The notes beneath the pieces were generated by a model. That model searched no databases and was not told the DNA's origin. It saw nothing but the letters and a program-made list of their open reading frames with translations. A stretch of 64,000 bases of DNA. It comes from Podarcis melisellensis (taxonomy: Eukaryota). Every line of letters begins with the position of its first letter. Position 1 is the first letter of the stretch. The translations under genes were made by a program, and so were the position numbers. Shown one piece after another: positions 31,388-43,500 of this stretch. The stretch is from NCBI GenBank assembly GCA_964234715.1, contig OZ174279.1. One strand, given 5' to 3'.

Positions 31388-32819
31388 TGGCATTAGAAAC
31401 CCAAAGATTTGCACATGGGGTTTTAAAACACAAATTTCATTTAACCAAAGGTCTTGAGTGCTTGCTTTTTCCCCGTAGAAGGGGATATAAAATAGCAGAG
31501 GGTGAGGCGCTCGCATGTATAAATTCTATAGCAACAGTTTTAAGCTTTAAAACAATTATAGCAAATTACTTGCCTGACATTTTCTAAGACTAGAAAAAAC
31601 TGCTATAAGCAAGTACATGTGTTTGATGCAGCTCAGCTCTCCGTGCCAATATCCTGAAAAAGTACATGCTAAACATTTAAGGGAGGTTTAGCCAGAAAGG
31701 CACATGTCAGAGTATTCTTCAGAATGCAATTACGTATTACTTCAACCCAGCATCACATAGCAGAAAGGTGGTTTCTAAATGTAGATGGCAACAAATGGGG
31801 GAAAAAATCTTTAAATTGTTCTGCTCAGGTACCTATCACTGTTTTAAGCCTCAGCCTGCTTCAGGGGAGTCTGTGGCCTAAGTTTTCACAAGAACACTGC
31901 TTTGGAATTAATTCACAGGTCTTACACCTATTAGACCTGGCTCATCTCATGCAACTCATTCATGCAATGGGTGTACTTATCAAAGAACTTATCTCTCAGA
32001 GTCCTGACCTCAGTTCCAGCTCCAAAGGCATTTGCTGTAGCCCCCACAGCAGCAAAAGGGCCTTTCAAAAGAACCACTCCATTTACATAAAACATCATAG
32101 AAAATCTAAGAAAAAATGCTTTTATTGCATACCCCATGTCTTCCACACCGAAGCTTGCCTTATTCAAGAACCCCAAATCATGGTGCCGGCATTCTCAATG
32201 TATGCCTTGTCAAGGCGTCCAGACTCTGATAACCACGGGATAAAAAAACGCAGAAATCAGTATTCTTTCCTAGTCTGTGTGAGGAATCTTGAAAAATCTG
32301 TTCATTTGTAATGATGCTATACATCTATCCTGATTTTTTAAAATTGCACTTTACATTTGGTCCTGTAGGCAGCTGCCTTAGGTTTGTACCAAACGTACCA
32401 CATTTAGGAACTAAATAAGACAGGTATTTGCATATGAAACAGGGATGGGTAAAAAAACCCTACGGTTTATGTCTGAGCTCTGCTTCTCTGGGTTCTGCTT
32501 CTCTGCCAAGACATTCCCTGGCACAGGGCCATCTGTTTAGCCACTCTGTTTAAGAAAAAATAGTTTTGCACAGACTTGTTCCAAACTGAGTTAATGTTTG
32601 TGAGAAGGATTGTAATTCCCTGTGAAGTTTAAACCAATCATAACCTTTTACCGAGAACTGTATTTGTAGACTTTAAAATGTCACCCCTTAGAATCCCAGC
32701 TTCCATTATAGATGGGGTCATGATGTCTGAAATATAAATCTGTAGAAGCTACTGAAGATTCAGAAGTTTTCAATATAGCTTTGCATCTGAGCGGGAGAAT
32801 TAAATGAAGAGACATCACT

Positions 32820-34431
32820 CATTCTGCTTACAAGTTTTATTTACATAGGAATAGTTACTAGTGGTCTTGAATGAAGGCAAAATACCTTCTATTTACAATT
32901 TATATACATGTGTATACTTGAAAAGTAAGAAAACTGTACAAGAGAACCCAAACAGAGGACATACACAGGAACCAAGTAAGTAAATACATAAGAAAAGAAA
33001 GACATTTTAACTTCAAATTGTATGTTGTAAGTAATATAAAGTGTAGTTTTAAATCTGATAACGATACATAAATATTCCAACATACTGTAACCCAAATCTT
33101 TAAAACCGGTTCTGCAACTTCTTTTAACACTTGACAGCTGAAGTAGTCTCTCTTTTCTTTCAATTTTTTAATGCAATGATAAATTTCCACTTCATTTCCA
33201 CGTACAGGGACCAGGTACAAAAAGAAATCATAATGCATTTTTATTTACATTAATACTATCAAAATGGATTTAGAAAGAACAAGCATTAGCTGCTCAGAGT
33301 TTAAGAGGTATCCTTTCCATCTCCCTCCAGTTCAAATGTCATTTTTAAAATGTTTTGGAGTGTGAAGGAAGTTTAAGAGCTTCCATAGATCACATTTACA
33401 GTACAGTGCTGATGTTAGATGTGACTGACAGTATGGATTTAGGGTATTAATTATTGTACACACTGCAATTCAAAACTATTCCATTTTGCATTTAAGTGAG
33501 AAAGGTTTTAATATACAGGGACTCAAACTTTCACATTAACATTGCTTAAAATGTGCAAAAGCATTTGTCACTAGCTTATTAATTATACTAGTGTTTATCA
33601 TCAAGTATAAGTCACTTTGATTTAAAAAATAAATCAAGAACTGATCTGATTTTCGTGGAATAGGAATCCAATTTTTCTGTAATGTAAGCAAGCTACCTAC
33701 CAAGTACTTCAGGAAGCAAAATTCCAGAAACCCATCAGTTGCTTATACAAGCACACAGTTAAAATAGTTCTCTTAACCACTGCCATCTTTAGGCCAAAAG
33801 ACTTTTTGCCAATGACTTTGCGGCGGCAAGACTTGACGCAGCATACTCTGTTCCACCTTACGTACATTCATTTAACCGAAGAGTGAAGCTGCAGTTTAAA
33901 AGGAGTTTAGCAAGACATATATAAAGCCTCCTATTATCTGTCATGTATACCAAAGCAAAAAAACTTATTTGGTCCTAAGAATTTCACTGGTTAATTTTGG
34001 AGGTATTTGTACCAAAATGTTTGGTTCAGGTAGCAGTTTTGGGGCCTTACTTTTTAAACGCCTGCTTTCCTCCCAAAAGTGCCTTTGTGATCATCATAAA
34101 AAAGGTATCCCTAAAAATTTAAAGTACCAACAAAAGTTATTACAAATTTTTATTGCATTCAACTTTAAATATTAAATATGCATTAGCCACTTTCTCAGTT
34201 TCATAAGTTTTTATTGTTTTGCTTCCTGTGAAAAGGGCTCCTCTCACAAAAAGCTCTTTAATACTGGCAACAGGGTGAACATTTCATCAAATTCCACCAC
34301 TGTACTCAGTCAAATACTGTCTCTTCCTTAGGTCTTCCCAAGCTGTTTCTTCTTAGTGGTTTTCATTGATAAGATGTTTAGAATCCTTTAACAAGCAAGT
34401 GGTTTCTGTATTATTTCCAATAAACTTGAAA
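32820..34431 (-). other. TBC1D12: Probable TBC1D12 3'UTR
   Basis: AU-rich, free of recognisable transposons; AATAAA on - at 32836-32841, about 33240 and about 34150-34215; several conserved-family miRNA seed matches. Confidence 0.6.
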
Positions 34432-34500
34432 TTAACTTTTTAGTGCTGGACTATGGTTCTTGTCTCCTTCTTTGCTATCCTTCATTAATGATGCAAACAC
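34432..34500 (-). CDS. TBC1D12: TBC1D12 last coding exon
   Basis: [22 protein letters not shown]. Confidence 0.94.
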   Translation of the reverse strand: MFASLMKDSKEGDKNHSPALKS

Positions 34501-37500
34501 CTGCAAAATGATTTTTAGGTAAGTGTTAAAAATCAGACACTATTCAATCTCTCATTAACTTTTATCAATACTGATACCTCATTGCAGGTTCGTTGCATCC
34601 ATCATAATCACTGAAGATTATTTCATTCCCACTCCATCTCTTTCACCCCGAGTAACCCAATATACAAAGTATCAATCCCCAAGTGATTAATAGAAAATAG
34701 GGAACGAAAAAGCACCATGACTCTTGAAAATGGTCTGCCTTAGAAACACATGAAGCCCTTCTTTCTGCTCTCCAGTCAACAAGGGTTATCCACAATTTAA
34801 AACAACACAGCTAATTTTCCATTTTAGCCTACAGAAGGGTTTAATATGGAAAGATACATTGTTCATTTTACACCACCTGCTCTTTTGGGACTCTTGTAGA
34901 GCAGGAGGCACACAAGGGCCTTAGATGACAATTGCGGGGTCAAGAACTTAGAACAGAAATATTGCTGCACGCTGTAGCTGTGTAGTAGTTCGCCATGGGG
35001 TTAAAATACAAGTGCTTTGAGTTTAAGGAAGTGTAGCTAAAGGTATTTCCCATTTAATAAGAGTTCAGTACACCACCCATGAAGTAGCAGAACACTTCAG
35101 GGGCCTCGAATGGTTTCTCTCATTGTGACAGCATGCCCCACTCCCTCCTGAAAATGACAGGTAGGCAAGTTGTACTGCCTCCCCATGCAGACACAGAACA
35201 TCTTGCAGGAACACACCAGGGCCCTCATGAGACCTTCCCAGAACCTGCTAAGCAAGGTGGGAGATTTTTAAGCCCTCTACCTTGCTTACCAGCCTCTGGT
35301 AAGACCCCACAAGGACCCCGAGATCATGCGTGGGGGGCAAGGCCTACTCAGCACGTCGGCTTTGGACAAATAGAGGTTGGGGGGGTCCTGTTCCAGGGGC
35401 ATTCCTGATTTTATGTGATTTTGCCTTTGCACACAGATTCCCAGAGCCTATCTCCCATTNNNNNNNNNNNNNNNNNNNNNNNNNNNNNNNNNNNNNNNNN
35501 NNNNNNNNNNNNNNNNNNNNNNNNNNNNNNNNNNNNNNNNNNNNNNNNNNNNNNNNNNNNNNNNNNNNNNNNNNNNNNNNNNNNNNNNNNNNNATTGTTT
35601 ACTGTGTTTATTCTCGCTAAGCTGTCTTAGGCAACATGTTTTTGAGGGCAGAAAATCAACAGTTAACGTGACCCAATTTATTTATAATAAAAATGAACAC
35701 TTACCTGAGCCCATTTTTTGTTACTATTCTGCATCTGAATAGATGTAATACAAGTAAAGAGCTTCTCTGACGTGATGTCTTCAGGTAGCTTTGTTAGAAA
35801 CTGTGCTATATGAATGAAGTCCATCTGCAGGAGGATATCTTCATACAGCCGAAGAATTCCTAATCCAGTTCTGAACAAAAATTCTTCTCCGTCTCTACAA
35901 AAGACATCCCAGACGCGACAGGCCAGATCAAGGGGTAGTGACTTGCTGTACAGGGTGAAGATCCTGGGGGGTGGGGTGGGTTTTTTTTTTTGGAAATCAG
36001 AAGTATCAGGAACATGAGGACAAACTACATGTCATCACTTTTGTGCAGTGAACTTTGAGCTCCTTCACTGTCAGTGGTATTTTATTTAGAAGTCCATTAA
36101 TACTTTGGATCTGGGAGAGACACATTGATAGGTATCCCACTCACACAAGCTGACTTCCCTGATCTTCCCCCTCCCAATCCACTGCAGTCCCCCGTACCAG
36201 GCTTTTCCTGGCTGAAGAAGCATGGTACAAGAAGCTGCAAGAGAGGAGGAGTGGGAAAACTATACTGCATGAGCAGACATTCACTCGCGTACGTTTGTTT
36301 ACACACTGACAATCACAGCTGGATGGGAATTGTGTTCCCAACTTGCCCCAACAACTGCTCACCCTGCCCGCCTCAACCACACAGAAATTTCTACAGAGAG
36401 CCCATTATCTGTAGAATTATCAAACTTCAGCTGCAAGTTTATCCATTTAACACAGAAAACAAAACAGAACCTATTCAACCAATCTTCCAACTTACCAGTC
36501 TATCAAGTATATGTCAGGGGTAAGTTTGTAGGATTTAAAATGATGAAACAATTTGGGGAGGTTTTCCTCAAAAAATACTTCAAATGCTGCAAAGTACTTC
36601 AGCATCTGTAAAGAAAAAAAGAGAAAAACGCTAATAAAAGTCGGGGGGGGGGACGATGACGCATGGGGTGCCATAACTAATGAAGCCTTCAAGAAAGCTA
36701 TACGCCTGTCTACAGGACATATTCTGCTGGTGTTAGTGAAGAAAGTGCAGCGTACATCATTTAAATAGTAAAACATCCAGTGCAGTTGCTATGACAACTG
36801 TAGTATCTGTACTTCTCCAGCAACAAATTTAGCCAACTACACTTACAGTGTAGACAACAGAAAAATGAGTTAGTCACTTTTTCATTGCTATCTTTCCATC
36901 CTGGCAAAAGCAAGAGATTGGCTGTAGGGTAGTCATTAGCCCATTGTTTCCAGAAAATGAATTATAGGAGAGGAAGCTACAAGAACAGAAATCTGAAAAG
37001 GGATGGTAAATTATAACAAAAGAAATAGTTGCCGATTTAATTCCAGAGACACAAGTACCCCTGCTAGTGGCAAGTATGAATGCAAAGCACTGTTCTTTAG
37101 GAAAACAGAAATTCTACTGGGTGTAGACTGACACCCATTTCCTGCCTGTTAAAAAGATTCTAGTAGTCACAAAATGGTTCAAGTGAAATAGTAATAGTAA
37201 GTTACGAGACACTGGAAATTGTATATACCATGCTGTGATCCACACGGAAAAAGGCCAATTGGCATGGCTTGTTCAGGAGGTTTGCAAAGGCAATGAACGC
37301 ATCTGCCTCTTCCAGATTGAGAATAAGGACTGCCGCAATGAAGGACATTCCCTGGACCTTCAAAAAACAAAAGCAGTGAAAGTGCATTAAGTAAACAGTC
37401 TCATTTTTATATTAAGGTAGGGATCTATAAGGGACGCGGGTGGCGCTGTGGGTTAAAGCCTCAGCGCCTAGGGCTTGCTGATCGAAAGGTCGGCGGTTCG

Positions 37501-40500
37501 AATCCCCGCGGCGGGGTGCGCTCCTGTTGTTCGGTCCCAGCACCTGCCAACCTAGCAGTTTGAAAGCACCCTCGGGTGCAAGTAGATAAATAGGGACCGC
37601 TTTCTAGCGGGAAGGTAAACGGCGTTTCCGTGTGCAGCTCTGGCTCGCCAGAGCAGCGATGTCACGCTGGCCACGTGACCCGGAAGTGTCTTCGGACAGC
37701 GCTGGCCCCCGGCCTCTTAAGTGAGATGGGCGCACAACCCCAGAGTCTGGCAAGACTGGCCCGTACGGGCAGGGGTACCTTTACCTTTACCTTAGGGATC
37801 TATAAGCTACAGTATTAGTAAAAGCTAGAACACAACCAAATTTATTTAGTTTTGACAAAAAAAAAACACCAGGCTAACTTGTCACAGAAATGCTAAATTC
37901 AGTACTTAATGAGTTATCATTCAAATGCTCAAGGCAGTAAAGTGATTAGGGCAACTTAGACCTGCTCCAGTCATTGAAGTTTCCACTCATGGATGTATGG
38001 GTGGAATCTACAGCATCCTGGGGTAAGGATGCTAATGTATTTTTTTTTTAAGAATATTTATTAAGATTTTACAAAGTCATAAATACAAAAATGCATAAAA
38101 AAGAAAAAAGAAAAAAAGAAAAAGAAAAATACAAAATACAGAAAACGAAAAAGTAAAAAAAAGAAGTTAAAAACAAATCCATTTTTTATAGCTTTAAACT
38201 CATTGGCTTGTTTCCTTGACCTCCTCACACCTCCCCTTTTTGTATTCCCGATTTATATAATCCATTCAGCAAATCCTTGCCCTCTTTCATTTATCTTAAC
38301 TCTTTATCTTAACATATTACAACTCTATATTTTCATCCATTATCAATTCATTTTTGCATATTCTTATTAACTTTGTTGCTAATGCCACTTATTTTCCTAA
38401 TGTATTTTTTATAGCTTCAGTAGGAAGATTTGGCAGGTGGTTACCAGACAAATATAAGGTGGTGAAGCCAACACGTGAATAATATACATTCAGGGATTTT
38501 CTTCCCTTGCTTTTCTAGGGCTAATGCCATAGGGAAGGAACATCTTCCCTAGAATCTGGTGCACAATTACTGGGAAGTCCCAATCACATGTCAACAGGAT
38601 TTACAGACTCATCTCTGTAGGCTACAGTTGAGCCATTACCTCTAGACCAGGGCTGGGAAACATTTTCAGCTCCAGGACAGATTCGTAGCTTCCCCATCGA
38701 CAACAGGCTACATCGGTATGTCATGTAACATCAAAGGGGCTTGTCATCAGCACCAAGCAGCTAACCGTCTGCTTTATCCATTTGCTGGTGCAGTTTGAAT
38801 CCAAACCACATCTGCAAACAGACATTTATTCTCTGTGTACCAGCAAAGCTGTCCACACAGTTGGTCAGTAGAGGGAAAACATCCCTTTGCTGATGCAGTT
38901 TGAATTTAAACCACAACTGTAAACATACAACTTCAAAGCGCCAATCAGCTGAGCGATGTTATCAACAATACCTCCTTGTCAAAGAGATACTGGAAGTGTA
39001 CTTCAAGCTCCCAGTTGTTCCTTCACTGCAACACCACATCTGATGTCAGGTGTGGGGTAGGCGGGTGTGTAATGAGGAACATGATGCTGTGAGCCAGAGT
39101 AAGACCCCTGCCAGATCCAATTAGGCTCATTGGCTGGTGGTATCCCACCACTCCTCTAAATGCAACAGAGCAATTGGATTATCTATAAAACTATCACCCA
39201 TGCATGAAGTTGCAGGCAGGATTTGAAATATAAGCAATGGATTATTGAAAGAATTAATGGTATCGGCTTTAGATAATAAAAACATGTGTTTTAAAACAGC
39301 TAATAAAAAGGAGTAATAAAATAAACACCAGGAAAGGAGGGGTAGGGAGTCAAAAAGAAGTTATGTATGTATTTAAAAAACTATCTTAAGTGTTTTGAAG
39401 TATCTATGGAGACATTGTGTGTGTGTGTGCGCGCGCACGCGTGCATGCACACATGCAAATATGAGAGACAGACCAACCTCTTCTACTGGTGCTACACAGG
39501 CAAGCTATATTGAGATAGTTAACTCAGCAAAAACTATTCCTTTAAACGTCAAGCTACCATTTGTATGAAACGTCATTATAATGTGAAGAACGGCAATGTT
39601 TTAAGGATACTTACATATCCTACATCTGGTCTGTAACATGTATATGCTCCCAGGACACTGTGCAAAAGATCATGATAAGGGCCACCCTGAAGTGAAAACA
39701 ACGGAAAAAAGAAATGTATATGTTAACATTTATTTTGTTTTTCTAGCTTTATTTTGAATTCAGAAGACTATTTCCACTGGGTCACAATATATTCAATCTA
39801 TACAAAGTTAGGCATGCACAGAAGCTTGGCTATATATGTGTGACGGCAGCACTGAAATTCCTACAAAGTCCATTTGTTCCTGACTGCATAGAACTGTAAC
39901 AGCTCCAAAAGACTAAAAAAAAACCTCCACCCATTACCTATGAACACATGTGCGGGCGAGTGCACACTTTCTCCATTCTATTGTACTACCTCCAAGCAAA
40001 CAAGAGACAGTGAGCTAAAAAATGTCAACACTTAGGAACGCTGGCAGTCACCCCAGAGTGTGAACTTGGTTATTAGTATCCCAGTTCCAAACAAAGTTCA
40101 TTGTTTCTCCTAATGTTCTCTGGACTATACGTACTGCCAAGAGCTGTTTCAGTGCTGACAAAACGTAACTCTGAATTCACAACACTTTCGATCCAGCAAG
40201 CGTTTTTAGATGCGGAAAAAGCCTTGCATACAACGACTTGTGTATTTTCTTCCACCACTATCACCCTGTCCCAGATTGTGAAAAAGTAATTTCAGACAGA
40301 ATCTTGGTCGTTAATAATTTCCTCCTCCTCCTCCTTTTTTAGTGGAGACATTAGGTCAGAGGTCACCAACATGTTGCCCACTGTTACAGTGTGCCCACCT
40401 GTACCTCCTTCAGTACCCACAACGTGTCTCAGTAACTATCCACTCAAATATCCATGAGACACTGTTTGCTCTTCCTGCTCAGCTCCTCCTTGCACTGACT

Positions 40501-43500
40501 CAGCTTCCCCTAAACTGAACACACTCCCTTAAACATGTCTACATTTCCCTGGATGCCAGGATTTGACACATACCCTCTCATCCGTTCTGAATAGAGATAC
40601 AAACAGCTTCTCGTTGTAAGTAACTGCAGCAGTGGTTGATATTTGCATCTCACCCCCCTCCCGATGAGGTGGCTGATTGGGGGGGGGGCGGATAGGACAG
40701 CACCACATTGAGGGCCTGTCCTTTCTTCTGCGCTTTTAAATGTGGCAGCCATTATGCCAAACCCCCGACAGCGGCCACTGCAGCTCAGAAAGGTTGGCGA
40801 CGCTGCATTAGGTTATCATATAAATGAAAATTACAGAAACTTTTTGCAATTTAGTAGCAGCAGGGGTGAGGTTAACTAAACTAAACAGAAAGCCTCACAC
40901 CTGAACATTTGTTATTTCATCCTTTAGTAACTCATATCGGAGCTGAAAATTAACTTTCGGGTTTGCAGGCTGTTCATTTAGGAATGCAAATTGGCTAAGC
41001 AAACAAAGAAGGGAAACTATCTAGACACAAAGTTTCAGGTGAGGCTTGAGCAAGGCAAACTAACTCTGCAATAGACAGCTCTCTGGGGTTTTTTTATTCT
41101 GTCTAGTTGGAATGCACTTTCGATTTCACCAGGAACAAAAGAGGAAGACCACTCAAGTCTCTTGAGTAAACAAATCCTATTTTAACTCTGGGGATTAAAA
41201 GCTTCTTTGGGTCAAGGGACCTGCTATTTTGCTTGTTACACTGTAACAGCGTACACAGAGATGGAACTACCGTATTTTTCGCCCTATAGGACGCACCTTT
41301 TCCCCTCCAAAAATGAAGGGGAAATGTGTGTGCGTCCTATGGGGCGAATACAGGCTTTCGCTGAAGCCTGGAGGGCGAGAGGGGTCGGTGCGCACCGACC
41401 CCTCTCGCTCTCCAGGCTTCAGGAAGCTATCAGCAAGCCTGGGGACAGCAGCCTGCAGCCTGAAACCCGGGGAGTGCAGCAGAACACGCCCCGGGCTTTG
41501 GGCAGATATCCGCAAGCCTGGGGAGCCTGGCGGGAGTTCCCGCCGGGCTCCCCAGGCTTGTGGATAGCAGCCTGTCCTGGGGGCTGGGGTTGGGGAAGCT
41601 CGGGCTTCCCCCGCCCCAGCCCCGCGCCTGGGGGGGGATTTTTTTTTCTTTTTTCTCCCCCCCCAAAAAAAACCTAGGTGCGCCGTATGGGCCGGTGCGC
41701 CCTATAGGGTGAAAAATATGGTATATAAAAAACGTTGTATAGGGACTTTTTCTTACGTGGCATTATAAACTGGAATGCCAATACCAAAATTCCAAGTCCA
41801 CAAATGTTAAAAGGTGCAGGCATTGTCGTTTTTCTATTAAAACATATGCAGAGGTCTGACATATATTTGAAAAGGGAGGCGGGTGAGTATATTTTTTCCC
41901 TTATACTACACCATTCATTTAGTTATTTGAGATACTATCAAACAGTTCTCTGAAATCTGTTTTGTAAGTATAGTAAGATGCCATTTTTTCATGTTTTTAA
42001 AAAGCCAAACACTTAACACTTGCAGATTTGTACGCTTGTACCTCTGCCAGAATATTGTTATTTGAACAGCCGTGGAACTAGCTTACCTTCCAAGTTGGCA
42101 GTGGTGAGCAAGCATAAAGTCTAGCTGACCAGGTGATCTTTTGTTTGCAGTTATGCCCCACCCCCAGAAACAATGGCTTAAGTCCTGTAAGACCTGCTAT
42201 GTTTGCTCAGTGAATGAAGGCAACAAGGTTTGCAAGCTGCTTTTACATTCTATTGCTTTAGTTGGACACATCAATCAACCTCTCCCCAAACCCCAGCACT
42301 CGCCAGCCTGGAAAATGAATTTTAGCTTGCTTGCTGTAGTTGCTTTGTTCCCTCCCACACTCCACCCTTGCAGGCACGTAAAGCAAGTCAAAGATCTAAC
42401 TATTCGACTGCAGGGAAACAGATGCATAGACAGAACATTTGCTAACCTGGTCAGATAAAACACTCCCTCCAAGTACCATGCCAAGAAGATGAAGTTATAG
42501 AGTTAATACCTGATACACAAGTGCCTTTTCAAAATATTTTTGAGTCACACTACTATTAATGTAGCATGGAATTCTTCAGCTGCATGAATCCGTGGCAGAA
42601 AATTCCATTTTTTAAAAAAACAGCCTTTCATTGACAGATTTTTATTTTTTTTAAAGAAAATCAGCCACAGCAGGGAAAATGACCTCATGTTTAACATGTT
42701 TGTATCTGAACAAAGTCAAAAACATTTTACCTTCTGAAAAATATAGAGGGATGGAAATGTGCGGGATATATCCAATTTTATTAGCTCCAAACTAGCCTCC
42801 CGATCAGCAACTGATACTCCAGCATCTACAGAGATTAAAGCATGCAGATTTTTATATATGTCTGTAGAGTTATTTAAACAGTAACGTAAGACTATGGCCA
42901 TCTTCTACGTAGTCTGACTATTACTTCCAATCAGAAATTAAGAAAATACTAACTTAATTTACAGAAAGCAGGAAAAGGTGTAGAGAACAACTATTCCATT
43001 CAACTATCATTTTAACCTATGAGTCGTGTTTGGTATACCACTGCAAAAATAAAAAAGGCTTTAAAGAGGTGATTTAAAAAATGGTTTAACTCAAGCAGGC
43101 ACAGATGTGTTGCCACAGTCATCCCATTTTGTCCCCTCACCTCCATTTTGTCTCAGAATTTCCATTCTATAGTTGGCAAGGGCTCGGCAACCCAGGACAA
43201 GGATGTCAGACTATCTGGACTGTGCACTACTCTCTCTTGACCTGGGAAAGAGAGTTCCTAACCCTAAATGTCCAGGAGCTACAGACTTCTTGGACTTGCC
43301 AAGTCAAAAGCAACTGCATCCTAATTTAAATTTGGACAATACCCTGCTACTCATTAAACTGGCAATACAAAGATCCCCATGCCCTTTTGACACAATGGAA
43401 CCACACCATTCATTCCCTGTTTCAGAAAACAGCCAAAGCATATCCACCCTTTTTGTTCCTCTGGAAAACACCTTTCAACAGACTTCCTGTTTCAATTTTA

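Noticed and set aside
31724-32311. Longest ORF (195 aa, +) and overlapping 81-aa ORF (-) between NOC3L and TBC1D12
   Set aside because: No recognisable domain, promoter or splice structure; most likely chance, though a BLAST or RNA-seq check would settle it
35460-35593. N gap as an explanation for the TBC1D12 inversion
   Set aside because: TBC1D12 exons on both sides of the gap are on the same strand and in phase
37431-37520. tRNA-like sequence with A/B boxes
   Set aside because: It is the head of a Sauria SINE (tail and TSD present), not a tRNA gene
41207-41677. 156-aa ORF and overlapping ORFs
   Set aside because: GC-rich MITE interior with no transposase motifs
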